The notes under the pieces were generated by a model, which saw nothing but the letters and a program-made list of their open reading frames with translations, searched no databases and was not told the DNA's origin. A stretch of 42,480 bases of DNA from a virus (taxonomy: Duplodnaviria > Caudoviricetes). Positions 16,988 through 26,720 of this stretch are shown here, one piece after another. Both the position numbers and the translations under genes were made by a program. The stretch spans positions 1 to 42,480 of IMG/VR virus record IMGVR_UViG_3300008255_000214; one strand, written 5' to 3'. Every line of letters starts with the position of its first letter. The stretch's first letter is position 1.

Positions 16988-17199
16988 ACAAAATTAGAAA
17001 TGACAAAATAATAGAACTTTATTTAACTGGCGATTTTAAGATAATTGAATTAGCAAGAATGTATAAATTAAGTTCTGAAAGAGTTCGTCAATTAATAGTT
17101 AGAGAAATAGGAAAATCAAAATTTGATGAAGTTAAACAGATGAAAAAAGAAAGAACTGCAGAACGCTGGAAAGAAAATTATTTAGCTGGATTAAAATAA
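16984..17199 (+). CDS. Small helix-turn-helix DNA-binding protein
   Basis: RNDKIIELY...IIELARMYKLSSERVRQLI. Confidence 0.75.
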   Translation: MNKIRNDKIIELYLTGDFKIIELARMYKLSSERVRQLIVREIGKSKFDEVKQMKKERTAERWKENYLAGLK

Positions 17200-17200
17200 T

Positions 17201-17614
17201 ATGATAGTTCCAATACATAAAGCTAAAATAAAAGATTGCCAAGTTGTTTTTGAAGATAGAGAAAAATATGAAAATTGGCTTTTTCAATTAAACGAAAATG
17301 ATGTTGAGGTTATAGTTCGCAAACCAAAGAAAATTAGAAGCCAAAGGCAAAACAGGTATTACTGGGGCGTTGTATTAAAACTTATAGCAGAAGCCACTGG
17401 TGAGGAAATTGAGGACTTACACAACCATTTCTCGTTTAAATATCTAGGAACGACTGGTAAATCTGGTAAATTGATTTCAAGAAAGTCAACAGCACTTTTA
17501 ACTACAGCTGAATTCACAGAATATATTGAAAAAATAATTAGGTGGGGCGGTATGTTTTTAAACATAACTTTCCCTGAACCAGAAAGTATTGATTTAGATT
17601 TTTTGGTTTGGTAA
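17201..17614 (+). CDS. NinB-like protein
   Basis: RSQRQNRYYWG, STALLTTAEFTEYIEKI, ITFPEP. Confidence 0.75.
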   Translation: MIVPIHKAKIKDCQVVFEDREKYENWLFQLNENDVEVIVRKPKKIRSQRQNRYYWGVVLKLIAEATGEEIEDLHNHFSFKYLGTTGKSGKLISRKSTALLTTAEFTEYIEKIIRWGGMFLNITFPEPESIDLDFLVW

Positions 17615-17624
17615 ATATTAAACA

Positions 17625-18097
17625 GTAGTCTTTTAACAGGGGGAATTGATAAGGGATAAGACCAAGTAGTTTGTGCTTAATTTGACAATATTTTCTAACC
17701 GCCAATATTGTCGCCAGACGGTTTAGCATAAGTGAAAGGCAAACTTATCTTTCCCTGTTAGGAGATTACAAGAAGTTGTTTTTTAAGGCAGGGGGCTTAA
17801 ATAAGGTTAGTTAAAGATAAGATAAAGGCTAACTGGAAATGGTTTCAAAAACCACCCCCAACCTTAGCAAATAACAAGAGTTGTTTTTTAACACATACAA
17901 ACTATCCTATGTAATATAAGGGGTTAGAAGTCTGCAGGCAAGAGTTTCCCCTTAAAGTGAGTTAACGCACAAACTCTTACATACATAGGTTTTATTACAT
18001 AGTCCGACATCTGCTGTTGTTGGATAATGCCAGCCCATCGCAAGCTTTAAGTTTTGGGTCTATAAAATATGATAGTTTGTAGTTGTTAGCAAATAAC
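17625..18097 (+). ncRNA. Three tandem structured RNA units; units 2 and 3 share an identical closing stem
   Basis: AGTTGTTTTTTAA at 17774 and 17879; TTAGCAAATAAC at 17864 and 18086; many internal stems with G-U pairs on the plus strand. Confidence 0.6.
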
Positions 18098-18126
18098 CAC
18101 ACACTAAATAATTAAGAGGAAAATAT

Positions 18127-18288
18127 ATGACAAGAGAACAATTTAACGACTATCCATTTTCAATAAAAACAGTTTTTACTATTAATGGGAGTAAAGATGT
18201 TATATCTGTTTTAAGTGTTGACTTTGTAAACAGAACTATCAACAATATTCCGATTGTAGCTATAAATCTTGTTTATCAAGCTTATTAA
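18127..18288 (+). CDS. Hypothetical protein (53 aa, not in ORF track)
   Basis: MTREQFNDYPFSIKTVFTINGSKD...; GAGGA upstream. Confidence 0.55.
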   Translation: MTREQFNDYPFSIKTVFTINGSKDVISVLSVDFVNRTINNIPIVAINLVYQAY

Positions 18289-18337
18289 TAATAAAACAAA
18301 TCCAGCCATCTTTAAGAGCTGGGGTAATGGGAAATGT

Positions 18338-18700
18338 ATGAAAACTTTTGAAGAAACATTAATGTCAACTCTAATAGAGCAATTAATTAGAGGTTATCAA
18401 ATACAAGACCAATATGGAAGTGTAAGGACAGAACTTTCTCCGCTTCAGTCAATAGTAAATAAATATATTGAAGATAATAAGTCTAAAGTAGCATTAGAGT
18501 TATCAAAGACTTTAGATAAAAAAGAATATCTCAGTGAGGCAATTAAAGAAAAAATTGATAATGACTTCAAAAATGAGTATTCAAGAAAAAGATATGAAGA
18601 ACTTTTCTTGTCTGGGATAAAAGATAAAATTGAGCAAGAAATAGTTAAGGATTTAAAGGTTTTATTGGAAGGCAAAAAAATAACAGTTGAGATTAACTAA
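18338..18700 (+). CDS. Hypothetical protein
   Basis: Start moved to ATG 18338, just after a hairpin. Confidence 0.65.
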   Translation: MKTFEETLMSTLIEQLIRGYQIQDQYGSVRTELSPLQSIVNKYIEDNKSKVALELSKTLDKKEYLSEAIKEKIDNDFKNEYSRKRYEELFLSGIKDKIEQEIVKDLKVLLEGKKITVEIN

Positions 18701-18747
18701 TTCCCCCCCCCCAATCAAACAGGGATTAAATAATAAGATATAAAGAT

Positions 18748-19080
18748 ATGAAGTTAACCGAACTAAATCCAAGATTTATAGGTAGTGGTGGAAAAAATGT
18801 ATTTAATACGGATGGCTCACCATCTGAATTAAGGGAGGGGGTTGCTTTAGTCTTTAATTGTCCGTGTGGTAAAGAACACGAAGAACATAATAAAGAATGC
18901 GTTGTTATGTTTAATAACCCATTGGACGGAGGCAAACCATATCCCAATCATATTTATTGGCAAAGAACTGGAGAAACTTTTGAAAATCTAACTTTAACTC
19001 CGTCTATTTTAAGGAGCAAAGAAAGAGGCGGTTGTGGTTGGCACGGATTTATAACAAATGGAGAAATAATAACAGCTTAA
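18748..19080 (+). CDS. Cys/His metal-binding protein, DUF6527-like
   Basis: FNCPCG, W.RTGETFENLTLTPSI, CGWHGFITNG. Confidence 0.6.
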   Translation: MKLTELNPRFIGSGGKNVFNTDGSPSELREGVALVFNCPCGKEHEEHNKECVVMFNNPLDGGKPYPNHIYWQRTGETFENLTLTPSILRSKERGGCGWHGFITNGEIITA

Positions 19081-19152
19081 AATGAAAACTAAGGACTTTT
19101 ATTTTAATAACTAACTCCCCACTATAAGTTAATACTTAGGGGGATAATATGT

Positions 19153-19449
19153 ATGGAAAAAACAATTATAAATATCAAGCTGATAGACCTTGGTAGGAAT
19201 AAAATCAATAAAAAGGTAGAAATAGAATGCTCTAAGGGCTTATATAACGATAGCATAGAAGATACTTTAGCTGAAATTTCTAGCCATTATCTTCTTAGTA
19301 GTTCTATAGAAGTAGAGCCAACAGAAAGAAAAAACTTCTATTCGGTGTTTGCTGGGTTTCAAAAAGTAGGAGAAATAGAAGTTCTTGATGACTATATAAT
19401 TTCAGAAAATGGAAAAGTAACATTATTAAAAATTACTAACCCAGTATAA
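19153..19449 (+). CDS. Hypothetical protein
   Basis: 98-aa ORF. Confidence 0.65.
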   Translation: MEKTIINIKLIDLGRNKINKKVEIECSKGLYNDSIEDTLAEISSHYLLSSSIEVEPTERKNFYSVFAGFQKVGEIEVLDDYIISENGKVTLLKITNPV

Positions 19450-19465
19450 TACTGGAGAAATGTAT

Positions 19466-19615
19466 ATGAAAGGAAAATGCGAACACAACTGGCATATAAT
19501 ATCTATTTGGGGAGTTAAAACATTTTTCGCACGCAGATATTGTAAAAAATGTGAAAGAACGGAGGAATCAATAATTACTTTTAATAAATGGTCAGAAAGC
19601 AATAAATATGAATAA
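19466..19615 (+). CDS. Small zinc-finger-like protein (49 aa, not in ORF track)
   Basis: MKGKCEHNW...RYCKKCERTE (CxHxW...CxxC). Confidence 0.6.
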   Translation: MKGKCEHNWHIISIWGVKTFFARRYCKKCERTEESIITFNKWSESNKYE

Positions 19616-19679
19616 TATGCCACTATCTAACAAGAAGACACAATAGGAGGAGAGATTTAATAAATTAATTAGATAGTGT

Positions 19680-19886
19680 ATGAGTATAAGATGGCGTAAA
19701 ACTGGAGAGCTATTATGTGGTGCTAAAAGCGAACCAATGGATGGAGATTGTTATATAGATGATAGACTTCATTACGAACTTTCAGTAGAACAAAAATGTA
19801 TTTGTCCCGATAAAGACGAAGAAAAAAATGGTTTATGGCATTGGGTTCACGGTTCTAAGGGGGTATTTATTAGAAAGGGAATTTAA
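19680..19886 (+). CDS. Small Cys/His-rich hypothetical protein
   Basis: 68-aa ORF with AGGAGG upstream. Confidence 0.65.
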   Translation: MSIRWRKTGELLCGAKSEPMDGDCYIDDRLHYELSVEQKCICPDKDEEKNGLWHWVHGSKGVFIRKGI

Positions 19887-19895
19887 GCCAAATTT

Positions 19896-20276
19896 ATGAA
19901 TAAAGAATTAGAAGAATTTATTTTATCGGTTATTAAAGAATTTACTCCTATTATGTTTTTAGAGAGAAACTCTATTAATGTTAAATATGACAAAGAAGTT
20001 AACTATTTAGAGTGCGGACTTCATTATCCGTATTTAGATACTTCTATTATTTATAATAATAAAGTGGTCAAATCATTTCTTAAAAATGAATTAAAAGATT
20101 TACGTTATCAAATAGTCCACGAACTTTGCCACATAATTACAGACCCACTTTATACAAAGGCGACATACAGATATCTTGGAAAAAACGAACTAGAGGATGA
20201 GCGAGAACATTTGACAGATTTAATAAGTAAAATCGTATTAAATATTAATCATTATGCCACAACCAACAACAAATAA
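19896..20276 (+). CDS. HExxH zincin-like protein
   Basis: IVHELCHII followed by EDERE. Confidence 0.6.
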   Translation: MNKELEEFILSVIKEFTPIMFLERNSINVKYDKEVNYLECGLHYPYLDTSIIYNNKVVKSFLKNELKDLRYQIVHELCHIITDPLYTKATYRYLGKNELEDEREHLTDLISKIVLNINHYATTNNK

Positions 20277-20547
20277 CTTAGAGGGGTTAGCTTACAAATA
20301 CGCCAATGACAACGGTAGCTTCCACACAGAAAACCCCGTTAGTCTCAAAACTGAGATGATTGAAAGAGAGCTAAAACAACTCATCTCTGACCTCCGCAAA
20401 CACGATGAGGAGGAGTTGATTAAGATGTTGCCAGAACCTAGAGAAGTTTATCATAATAAAGGTTCGGAGGAGTTTGAGAGTGCCTACGCCTATAACTCTG
20501 CTCTTGATGAAGTTAAGCAACTAATTAAAGACTACTATAATAAATAA
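20254..20547 (+). CDS. Hypothetical protein
   Basis: 97-aa ORF overlapping the upstream gene. Confidence 0.6.
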   Translation: MPQPTTNNLEGLAYKYANDNGSFHTENPVSLKTEMIERELKQLISDLRKHDEEELIKMLPEPREVYHNKGSEEFESAYAYNSALDEVKQLIKDYYNK

Positions 20548-20551
20548 AACT

Positions 20552-21529
20552 ATGTTAAAAACAGCCGAGTGCGTAACACCAAAGCATCCTGATAAGGTTT
20601 GCGACCAAATTAGTGATGCAATTTTAGATGCTTGCTTAGAACAAGACAAAGATAGCCGAGTAGCTATTGAAACTATGGGCGGTCACAATTTAATAACAAT
20701 CACTGGAGAACTTACAACAAAGGCTTACGTCAATGTTCCTGAAATAGTTCGCAGCATTGTTGGAGATAGGTATGGCATACAAACGAATATTGTTAAACAA
20801 AGTCCAGAGATTTCAAGCGGAGTTGATACAGGTGGTGCAGGTGACCAAGGTATAATGGTTGGATACGCTTGCAGAGAAAATGAAGAAATGATACCGCAAG
20901 AACTATATTTAGCAAGAAGCTTGGCTAAATATATTTACGAAAAACATCAAGAAGATGGAAAAACCCAGATTACTTTAGATAAAGATATGGTAATAACTGA
21001 TGTTGTTGCAAGTTTTTGCAATGTTGATAATGAAACTTTAACAAAATTAATTTTAGAATGGTTATCTGGAAAAAAGTTTTTACATCAAGAAATGTCAATT
21101 TATGCTAATCCAGCAGGCGATTGGAGCCAAGGCGGGTTTGATGCAGATACAGGTTTAACTGGTCGCAAATTAGCTGTTGATAATTATGGACCTCAAATTC
21201 CAATCGGCGGAGGGGCATTTTCAGGGAAAGATGCAAGCAAGGTTGACAGAAGCGGTGCATATATGGCTCGTAAAATTGCCGTTGATTATCTTAAAAAGTT
21301 TTCCGAAGCTTCCGAAGTTATTGTTAAATTAGCTTACTCAATAGGTATTCCTGAACCTGTTATGGCAACAGCTTCTGTTAGAAAACTTGACAAATGGTTT
21401 GAAATGGAAATTAAAGAATATGACCTTACTCCAAAAGGTATAATTAAATCTTTAAAACTAAAAAACCCCATATATCAGAAAACTGCTGAATGGGGTCATT
21501 TTGGAAATGGGTTTATTTGGGATAACTAA
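20552..21529 (+). CDS. metK: S-adenosylmethionine synthetase
   Basis: HPDKVCDQISDAILD, GAGDQGIMVGYA, DGKTQ, DTGLTGRK, GGGAFSGKDASKVDRSGAYMAR, GHFG. Confidence 0.97.
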   Translation: MLKTAECVTPKHPDKVCDQISDAILDACLEQDKDSRVAIETMGGHNLITITGELTTKAYVNVPEIVRSIVGDRYGIQTNIVKQSPEISSGVDTGGAGDQGIMVGYACRENEEMIPQELYLARSLAKYIYEKHQEDGKTQITLDKDMVITDVVASFCNVDNETLTKLILEWLSGKKFLHQEMSIYANPAGDWSQGGFDADTGLTGRKLAVDNYGPQIPIGGGAFSGKDASKVDRSGAYMARKIAVDYLKKFSEASEVIVKLAYSIGIPEPVMATASVRKLDKWFEMEIKEYDLTPKGIIKSLKLKNPIYQKTAEWGHFGNGFIWDN

Positions 21530-22275
21530 TTGCTCCAAAACACGTGATTTCCTATTACAATATCTTTACTTTTATCTCTTTTATTAAAGCCTGACAATTC
21601 TTTTCCCCTTTCAGTTGTTATTGATGGGTTTAAGTAATTCATATTACCAATGATTAAGTCTTCCAACTCACCTTTATCGTATTTTTCAAGAAGCGATTTG
21701 ATAAATTCAGTCGCTTCTTTTATTGCAGGCGAAGCATCGCTTTTTCCCCTTAAGTAATCTAGTGTTTGTTTGTAATTTGGGTCATTAACGCTGAAAGCAT
21801 TATATTGAGCACCATTTCCGCTTGAAACAACTTCAAATAAATTTCCACCCCTGTAACCTTTTTCCGCCCTACTAACTATATTGTTTAAAATAGCTTGCAT
21901 TCCTAATTCCCCCTCGCCAATTCCTTCGCCAATAATAGTAGCTATTACTTTATTTCTTTGGTCATCGCTTATTTGATTTGTAATAGGTCTTGCAGGCTCT
22001 ACAATGGCTGCAGGCAACTCTTTGTTCAATACTGGTTGCATTGTAGGTTCTTGTGTTTTAAGAACATTAGAAGGCAATATTCTTGTTATAAGTGGAAGTT
22101 TTTTTTCTTTAACTATTTCTTTTTTAGGTTCTTCTTTTTTAATTAGATTAGTCCAAAGATTTTTTAATTTAGGCAAAATTGAATTATCCTTTTCTTCTTT
22201 TTTGGCACTAACAAAAAGTGGCTGGTCTTTATTTGACTGCTTAGGTAAAAATGGATTTGGTAAATTATAATTCAT
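21526..22275 (-). CDS. SleB/Hydrolase_2-like cell-wall hydrolase domain protein
   Basis: TIIGEGIGEGELGMQAILNNIVSR, QYNAF, IGNHVFW; disordered N-terminus; last gene of the virion arm. Confidence 0.75.
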   Translation of the reverse strand: MNYNLPNPFLPKQSNKDQPLFVSAKKEEKDNSILPKLKNLWTNLIKKEEPKKEIVKEKKLPLITRILPSNVLKTQEPTMQPVLNKELPAAIVEPARPITNQISDDQRNKVIATIIGEGIGEGELGMQAILNNIVSRAEKGYRGGNLFEVVSSGNGAQYNAFSVNDPNYKQTLDYLRGKSDASPAIKEATEFIKSLLEKYDKGELEDLIIGNMNYLNPSITTERGKELSGFNKRDKSKDIVIGNHVFWSN

Positions 22276-22337
22276 ACTATTCAAAAATCAAAGGAAAAAG
22301 AACAACGCAAATTCCAATTAAAATTCCGTCAAACATA

Positions 22338-23810
22338 TTATTTTTGATTAATTATAGGTTGAATTAATTTAGGTGAAGATTGTAATAATGGCAAGATGGT
22401 TTTTTCTCCAACTTTTCCAGCTTGGTATAAACCTTGAGCAACTCCAGTTAAACTAGCTGGCATTTGGAAAGCCCTATATGCAGCCATAGCTCCCAATGCT
22501 GGACCTGTTAAACCAGTAGCTATACCGCCACCACCTAAAATTGCATCTGTTAAACTAAGGACATTCTTATTCCCACGCCTTACAGCGTCATCAACAAGAG
22601 CATCAAATGCTTTAATAAATATTCTTTCTTCATTCATTAAATCACCTAACCCAGCATCTGATAATTTAGACCTTAACTGGTCTGCTGCAACTTTATATTC
22701 TTCTTGCTTTGGGGCTAATTTTGTATCAAGTTTAAAAGATGAAGTATTTCTCATTTTGTCTAAAAATCTTCTTATGTTCAACGCTAAGTCCATTGGTATT
22801 TCATTTTTATAAGATTTCAATTCAGATACTAATCCAGAAGCTTCTTTTGCCCTTTGGGAAAAAATACTCCCTTTAAAATACTTATTTATAGTTTCAATTA
22901 AATTAACATAAGCATTCTTATTGTCAATTTTTATTACTCTTGGCACGCCTGCTGGGGCTTCTTTAATAAAGTTTTGAACAGCTTTTTCTAAACCATCTAA
23001 TTTATTCAAAGAATATACAGCCATATTTTCAGCACTTCCGAACACTTTTCTTTCTAATAATTCTTGTGCTAATGTTGGATTAATTTCTTTACCATTTGCG
23101 ACTGTTCTAAAATAAGCTGCAATATCATCTTTGGCGACTTTAAACATTGAATTGTATAATTTTTCTGGTAATAATTTTGTAACAGCACTTCCAACTTTAG
23201 TTAATGTTCCAATTACAGGAACTGCTGCAGCACCAAGAATACCAGCTTGTTTTACTTCTTCTTTATCTTCGCCCATTAAAGCTGTTTTTATCGCTAAATC
23301 TGAACCGCTTGCTATCATCTTTGAAGAAAGCCCTAATAATTTAGCTAAAATACCTCCTGATGCTATTTTTGTTCCAATTTTAGTTGCAAGTTTTACACCT
23401 GCCTTTTCAAGCCCAGTTGGAGTTAAATATTGAACAGTCTGACCAAAAACCTCTCCAGCTTTTTCTGTTTTTGTTTCACCTTTTCTTATTAGTCCTTCTG
23501 GCAAAAGTTTTTCTGCTGAAGTTTTTTCATCAAACTTTGCTCCAAATAATTTTAATGGGGCTTGTAACATTTTTTCTCCAAGATTTGAAACTTCTCCTAA
23601 TGTTCTCCAAATAGAGCGACCTGCCTGTGAACCAAATTCTCCAACTTTATCTATAAAATCAGGCTCTTTTTGAGGAGTCATTGTTTGGCTTGCTTGACCT
23701 GTTATAGTCATTGGCTGTTTATATTTAGTTTCCAATTCCACTTGTATAGGGTCTATCGTATTTTGTGGAGTTCCGTATTTTTTTTGTAATTCTAATTCTA
23801 TTTTGTCCAT
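22338..23810 (-). CDS. Putative internal virion / DNA ejection protein
   Basis: 490 aa, Gly/Ala-rich amphipathic segments, located after tail genes. Confidence 0.5.
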   Translation of the reverse strand: MDKIELELQKKYGTPQNTIDPIQVELETKYKQPMTITGQASQTMTPQKEPDFIDKVGEFGSQAGRSIWRTLGEVSNLGEKMLQAPLKLFGAKFDEKTSAEKLLPEGLIRKGETKTEKAGEVFGQTVQYLTPTGLEKAGVKLATKIGTKIASGGILAKLLGLSSKMIASGSDLAIKTALMGEDKEEVKQAGILGAAAVPVIGTLTKVGSAVTKLLPEKLYNSMFKVAKDDIAAYFRTVANGKEINPTLAQELLERKVFGSAENMAVYSLNKLDGLEKAVQNFIKEAPAGVPRVIKIDNKNAYVNLIETINKYFKGSIFSQRAKEASGLVSELKSYKNEIPMDLALNIRRFLDKMRNTSSFKLDTKLAPKQEEYKVAADQLRSKLSDAGLGDLMNEERIFIKAFDALVDDAVRRGNKNVLSLTDAILGGGGIATGLTGPALGAMAAYRAFQMPASLTGVAQGLYQAGKVGEKTILPLLQSSPKLIQPIINQK

Positions 23811-23817
23811 ATTTTTA

Positions 23818-25563
23818 TTATATTAAACTTCTAAACCCTGTCATTTTTGATATAGGAATTGTATGAGTTTTTATTTTTTCATCTTTACCCCAGTTGGAGT
23901 CTTTAACTATTGCCTTATCTCCTTCAATCCCAATTATAACCCCAGTATGACCATAGGGTTCATATTCTCCTGTCAAAGGCATAACGAAAACCATTCCAGG
24001 TTCTGGCCATTTTATATTTGGGTCCATTTTTTGTAATTTAGACTCATAACTATCTCCAACGCCTAATCCAGTCAAATTATTAACAAATCTTCCGCATTGA
24101 CCTCCCTTTTCTCCGTCTGGAATAGAAGCTATTGAAGTGGCTAATTCCGTGTCGCCACCAACCGAATTAAAACTGTATTTATCTATTAAGGCTTGTATTT
24201 CTTCATCTGGAGCATTTGGATAAAGTTCTTTGTAATAATTAAAGCCTTTTATATCAGTTGTTGTTTCTGACTCTTCTAATAACCTTAAAACATCTGGCGT
24301 CACTATATTTTCAAGATTTAAGCCATAATTATCCGCTTGAGTTTTTAATCTTTTGGCGAAGTTAAGCTGTTCTGACTCATACCCATTTAATAATTTTTGA
24401 GACAAGTCATAGAAATTCTTTAATTCAGCTTGGGTTACACCTGCACCACCTCTTTCAAGTTTCTCTACTGTTCCTTGCATTCTTTGTAAAATTGATTGAC
24501 CGTCACCACTTCTTGCATATTCAGACTCACGAACAACAGAAGTTGGGTCTAGCAATTTCTGGAAAGTAACGAGAACAGCTTGAGATGGGGCATTGTTGCT
24601 TGTTCCGTCTAAACCAGCTTGGACTGCTGCATTATAGCCCTCTTCCATAATACCAATTTGTCTTTGTGCACTTCTAGTATCTTTAACTAAAGATTCAAAT
24701 TGTTTTGATAAATCTATTTCCGCCCTTATTTTTTCAACACCAGTTAAAACAGATTTAGGGCTTATACCCATCGCTGCAGCTTGACCCTTTGTGGTTCCAT
24801 ATGGAACATTTAACGCTGCAGCTTCAGTTGGCGATAATAATTTATTAGAGTCTTCATCTGTAACCCTTAATTTATCATAATCTAAAGATTGAAGTATAGC
24901 ATCTCTTGTTTTGTCGTTAACCTTTGCCAAATAAGTATTTATATTGCTTGGGTCGGCTTCAATTAACTTTTTATAGTTTTCAATTACACTTTCAGGTGCA
25001 ACCATTTTAGCTGCATAATCTTGGCTTATAGCCATTACTTTTTCATAAACACTTTCAAAATTAGCTGTTGCTTGTTGTGCTTTATTTAACTGATATGAAA
25101 CTTCATCAAATTCAGGTTGTAATGCTGTTATATTCCCAGAACGAATTGAAGCCTGTTGTTCTGGGCTGAATGTTCTTAAATCTTCAGGAGTAATTTCTGA
25201 TTGTTTCCCTATAGCAGTCATTTGTAAGGCTCTTTTTTTCTTTTCTAAATCCGCAGTATTTACTCCTTGAAACTTTAATAAAGCATCTCTTGTCAAAAGA
25301 TTAAAAATATCAGCTTCTTCTGTTGGTTCAGGAACTCCTGCAGGAACAAGTGAAGGAGTTGTTGGCAGATTTGTTTGAGTTTCTAAGCCAGTATTAGCAC
25401 CTGCAGTATTTGTTTTTGGAGTGTATCCATATTTATCTTGAGCATACTGAACATTTGCCAAATCAGTTGGGTTTCCTCTTGAATAAGCCATATCTAAATC
25501 TCCAACATTTTTATTGTCTTCAGTTAGATAAGTGCCATCTATTTGTCTTGTGAGTTTTGCCAT
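23818..25563 (-). CDS. Putative ejection protein with C-terminal CHAP amidase domain
   Basis: GGQCGRFVN...YGHTGVII...VKDSNW; helical body with LDPTSVVRESEY. Confidence 0.7.
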   Translation of the reverse strand: MAKLTRQIDGTYLTEDNKNVGDLDMAYSRGNPTDLANVQYAQDKYGYTPKTNTAGANTGLETQTNLPTTPSLVPAGVPEPTEEADIFNLLTRDALLKFQGVNTADLEKKKRALQMTAIGKQSEITPEDLRTFSPEQQASIRSGNITALQPEFDEVSYQLNKAQQATANFESVYEKVMAISQDYAAKMVAPESVIENYKKLIEADPSNINTYLAKVNDKTRDAILQSLDYDKLRVTDEDSNKLLSPTEAAALNVPYGTTKGQAAAMGISPKSVLTGVEKIRAEIDLSKQFESLVKDTRSAQRQIGIMEEGYNAAVQAGLDGTSNNAPSQAVLVTFQKLLDPTSVVRESEYARSGDGQSILQRMQGTVEKLERGGAGVTQAELKNFYDLSQKLLNGYESEQLNFAKRLKTQADNYGLNLENIVTPDVLRLLEESETTTDIKGFNYYKELYPNAPDEEIQALIDKYSFNSVGGDTELATSIASIPDGEKGGQCGRFVNNLTGLGVGDSYESKLQKMDPNIKWPEPGMVFVMPLTGEYEPYGHTGVIIGIEGDKAIVKDSNWGKDEKIKTHTIPISKMTGFRSLI

Positions 25564-25573
25564 ATATTTTTTA

Positions 25574-26719
25574 TTATAATTGACTAGTATTTAATATTCT
25601 TTGTTGGCGATAAGCTTCTTCAAGTTCGCTAGTTCTGCCTTTTATATTTGTTGTTCTTTCTTTTTGTAAACTTCCAACTAATCCACCTTGAGGAGTATAG
25701 AGATTTCTTAAGCCTGCTTCAGTAAAACCTTGTTTGCTAACATTGTAATTTTCTAAACTTGGCATAGAAACACCACTTAAAACATCGCTTCCTAATGTTC
25801 TTTCTGTCTGTTTGTAGGCATCTTCTGCTAATCTTGAAACTTTTAAAGCGTTTTCATCTATTAAGTCCTGTTGACCTTGTATATTTGTTTTTTCTCTAAC
25901 AGCTCTTTCGCTGCCATAAGTTAAACCTGCTTGAGCTTCTGACTCAGCTGCAGCTGCAAGATTTCTTTTAAATGGCTCTTCAGCACTTCTTACTCCTTTG
26001 CTAAAATCTTCTTTTAACCTTGAAATAGAGGTTTCTAAATCCTTTTTATAATTATTAATTTGTTCCTGATAATAGGGGTCTAATTCTGAAGTAGCTTGAT
26101 TTGTAAATTCTTGTATTTTTTCAGGTGTAATTTCAATATTTGGATTAATAACCTTACCAGCTTCAATCGTTTTGCCTAGTGATTGCATCATTTGCAAATA
26201 AGCCATTTGTAGAGTTGGAGACATTTTAGAAAATTGTGATTTTATATTTTCATCTTGAAATTGCTCTGTTAAAAATGGGTCGCTATTTATTATATTATCA
26301 TATGCTGAAAAATCTTGAGCTGGAGTTTCTTCTGTAATTTCTGGTTGAATAGGTTGAGTAATATTAGAAACATTGCCAGCAAAAGGACTTCTTGCTTGAC
26401 CTAAAATAATATTTGAAGCATCTTTTACTGTTCTCCCAGCAAATTTATCAAGTTCTGCTTGAGTGGCATTTCTGTTGTAAGCTTCTTTATACAAAGCATT
26501 AATATAATTAACATTAGCAACGGCATTTGGATTAGCAGTTGCTATATTTGTGTTTTGCAAATTAGATTTATTTGGGGTTTGATTATTTAATGTTTCGTTT
26601 GTTTTTTGTTCATTATAAGTTTGAGCCCAGCCCTGATTTAAAAGCATAGCTTTAATTGGGCTAGTTTCTTCTATATTCATTGTTTGACCGTCTGGTTTTT
26701 TCATCGTTATTAATGCCAT
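25574..26719 (-). CDS. Putative internal virion protein
   Basis: Q/N-rich coiled-coil; position in the ejection-protein block. Confidence 0.5.
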   Translation of the reverse strand: MALITMKKPDGQTMNIEETSPIKAMLLNQGWAQTYNEQKTNETLNNQTPNKSNLQNTNIATANPNAVANVNYINALYKEAYNRNATQAELDKFAGRTVKDASNIILGQARSPFAGNVSNITQPIQPEITEETPAQDFSAYDNIINSDPFLTEQFQDENIKSQFSKMSPTLQMAYLQMMQSLGKTIEAGKVINPNIEITPEKIQEFTNQATSELDPYYQEQINNYKKDLETSISRLKEDFSKGVRSAEEPFKRNLAAAAESEAQAGLTYGSERAVREKTNIQGQQDLIDENALKVSRLAEDAYKQTERTLGSDVLSGVSMPSLENYNVSKQGFTEAGLRNLYTPQGGLVGSLQKERTTNIKGRTSELEEAYRQQRILNTSQL

Positions 26720-26720
26720 A

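Noticed and set aside
17774-18097. Repeats read as a CRISPR array or integron attC sites
   Set aside because: Only two copies, inserts of very different length, repeats act as paired stem halves, and no cas or integrase gene
22277-22336. 19-aa hydrophobic micro-ORF MFDGILIGICVVLFPLIFE on the minus strand
   Set aside because: It fills the gap neatly but is too short to support without conservation data
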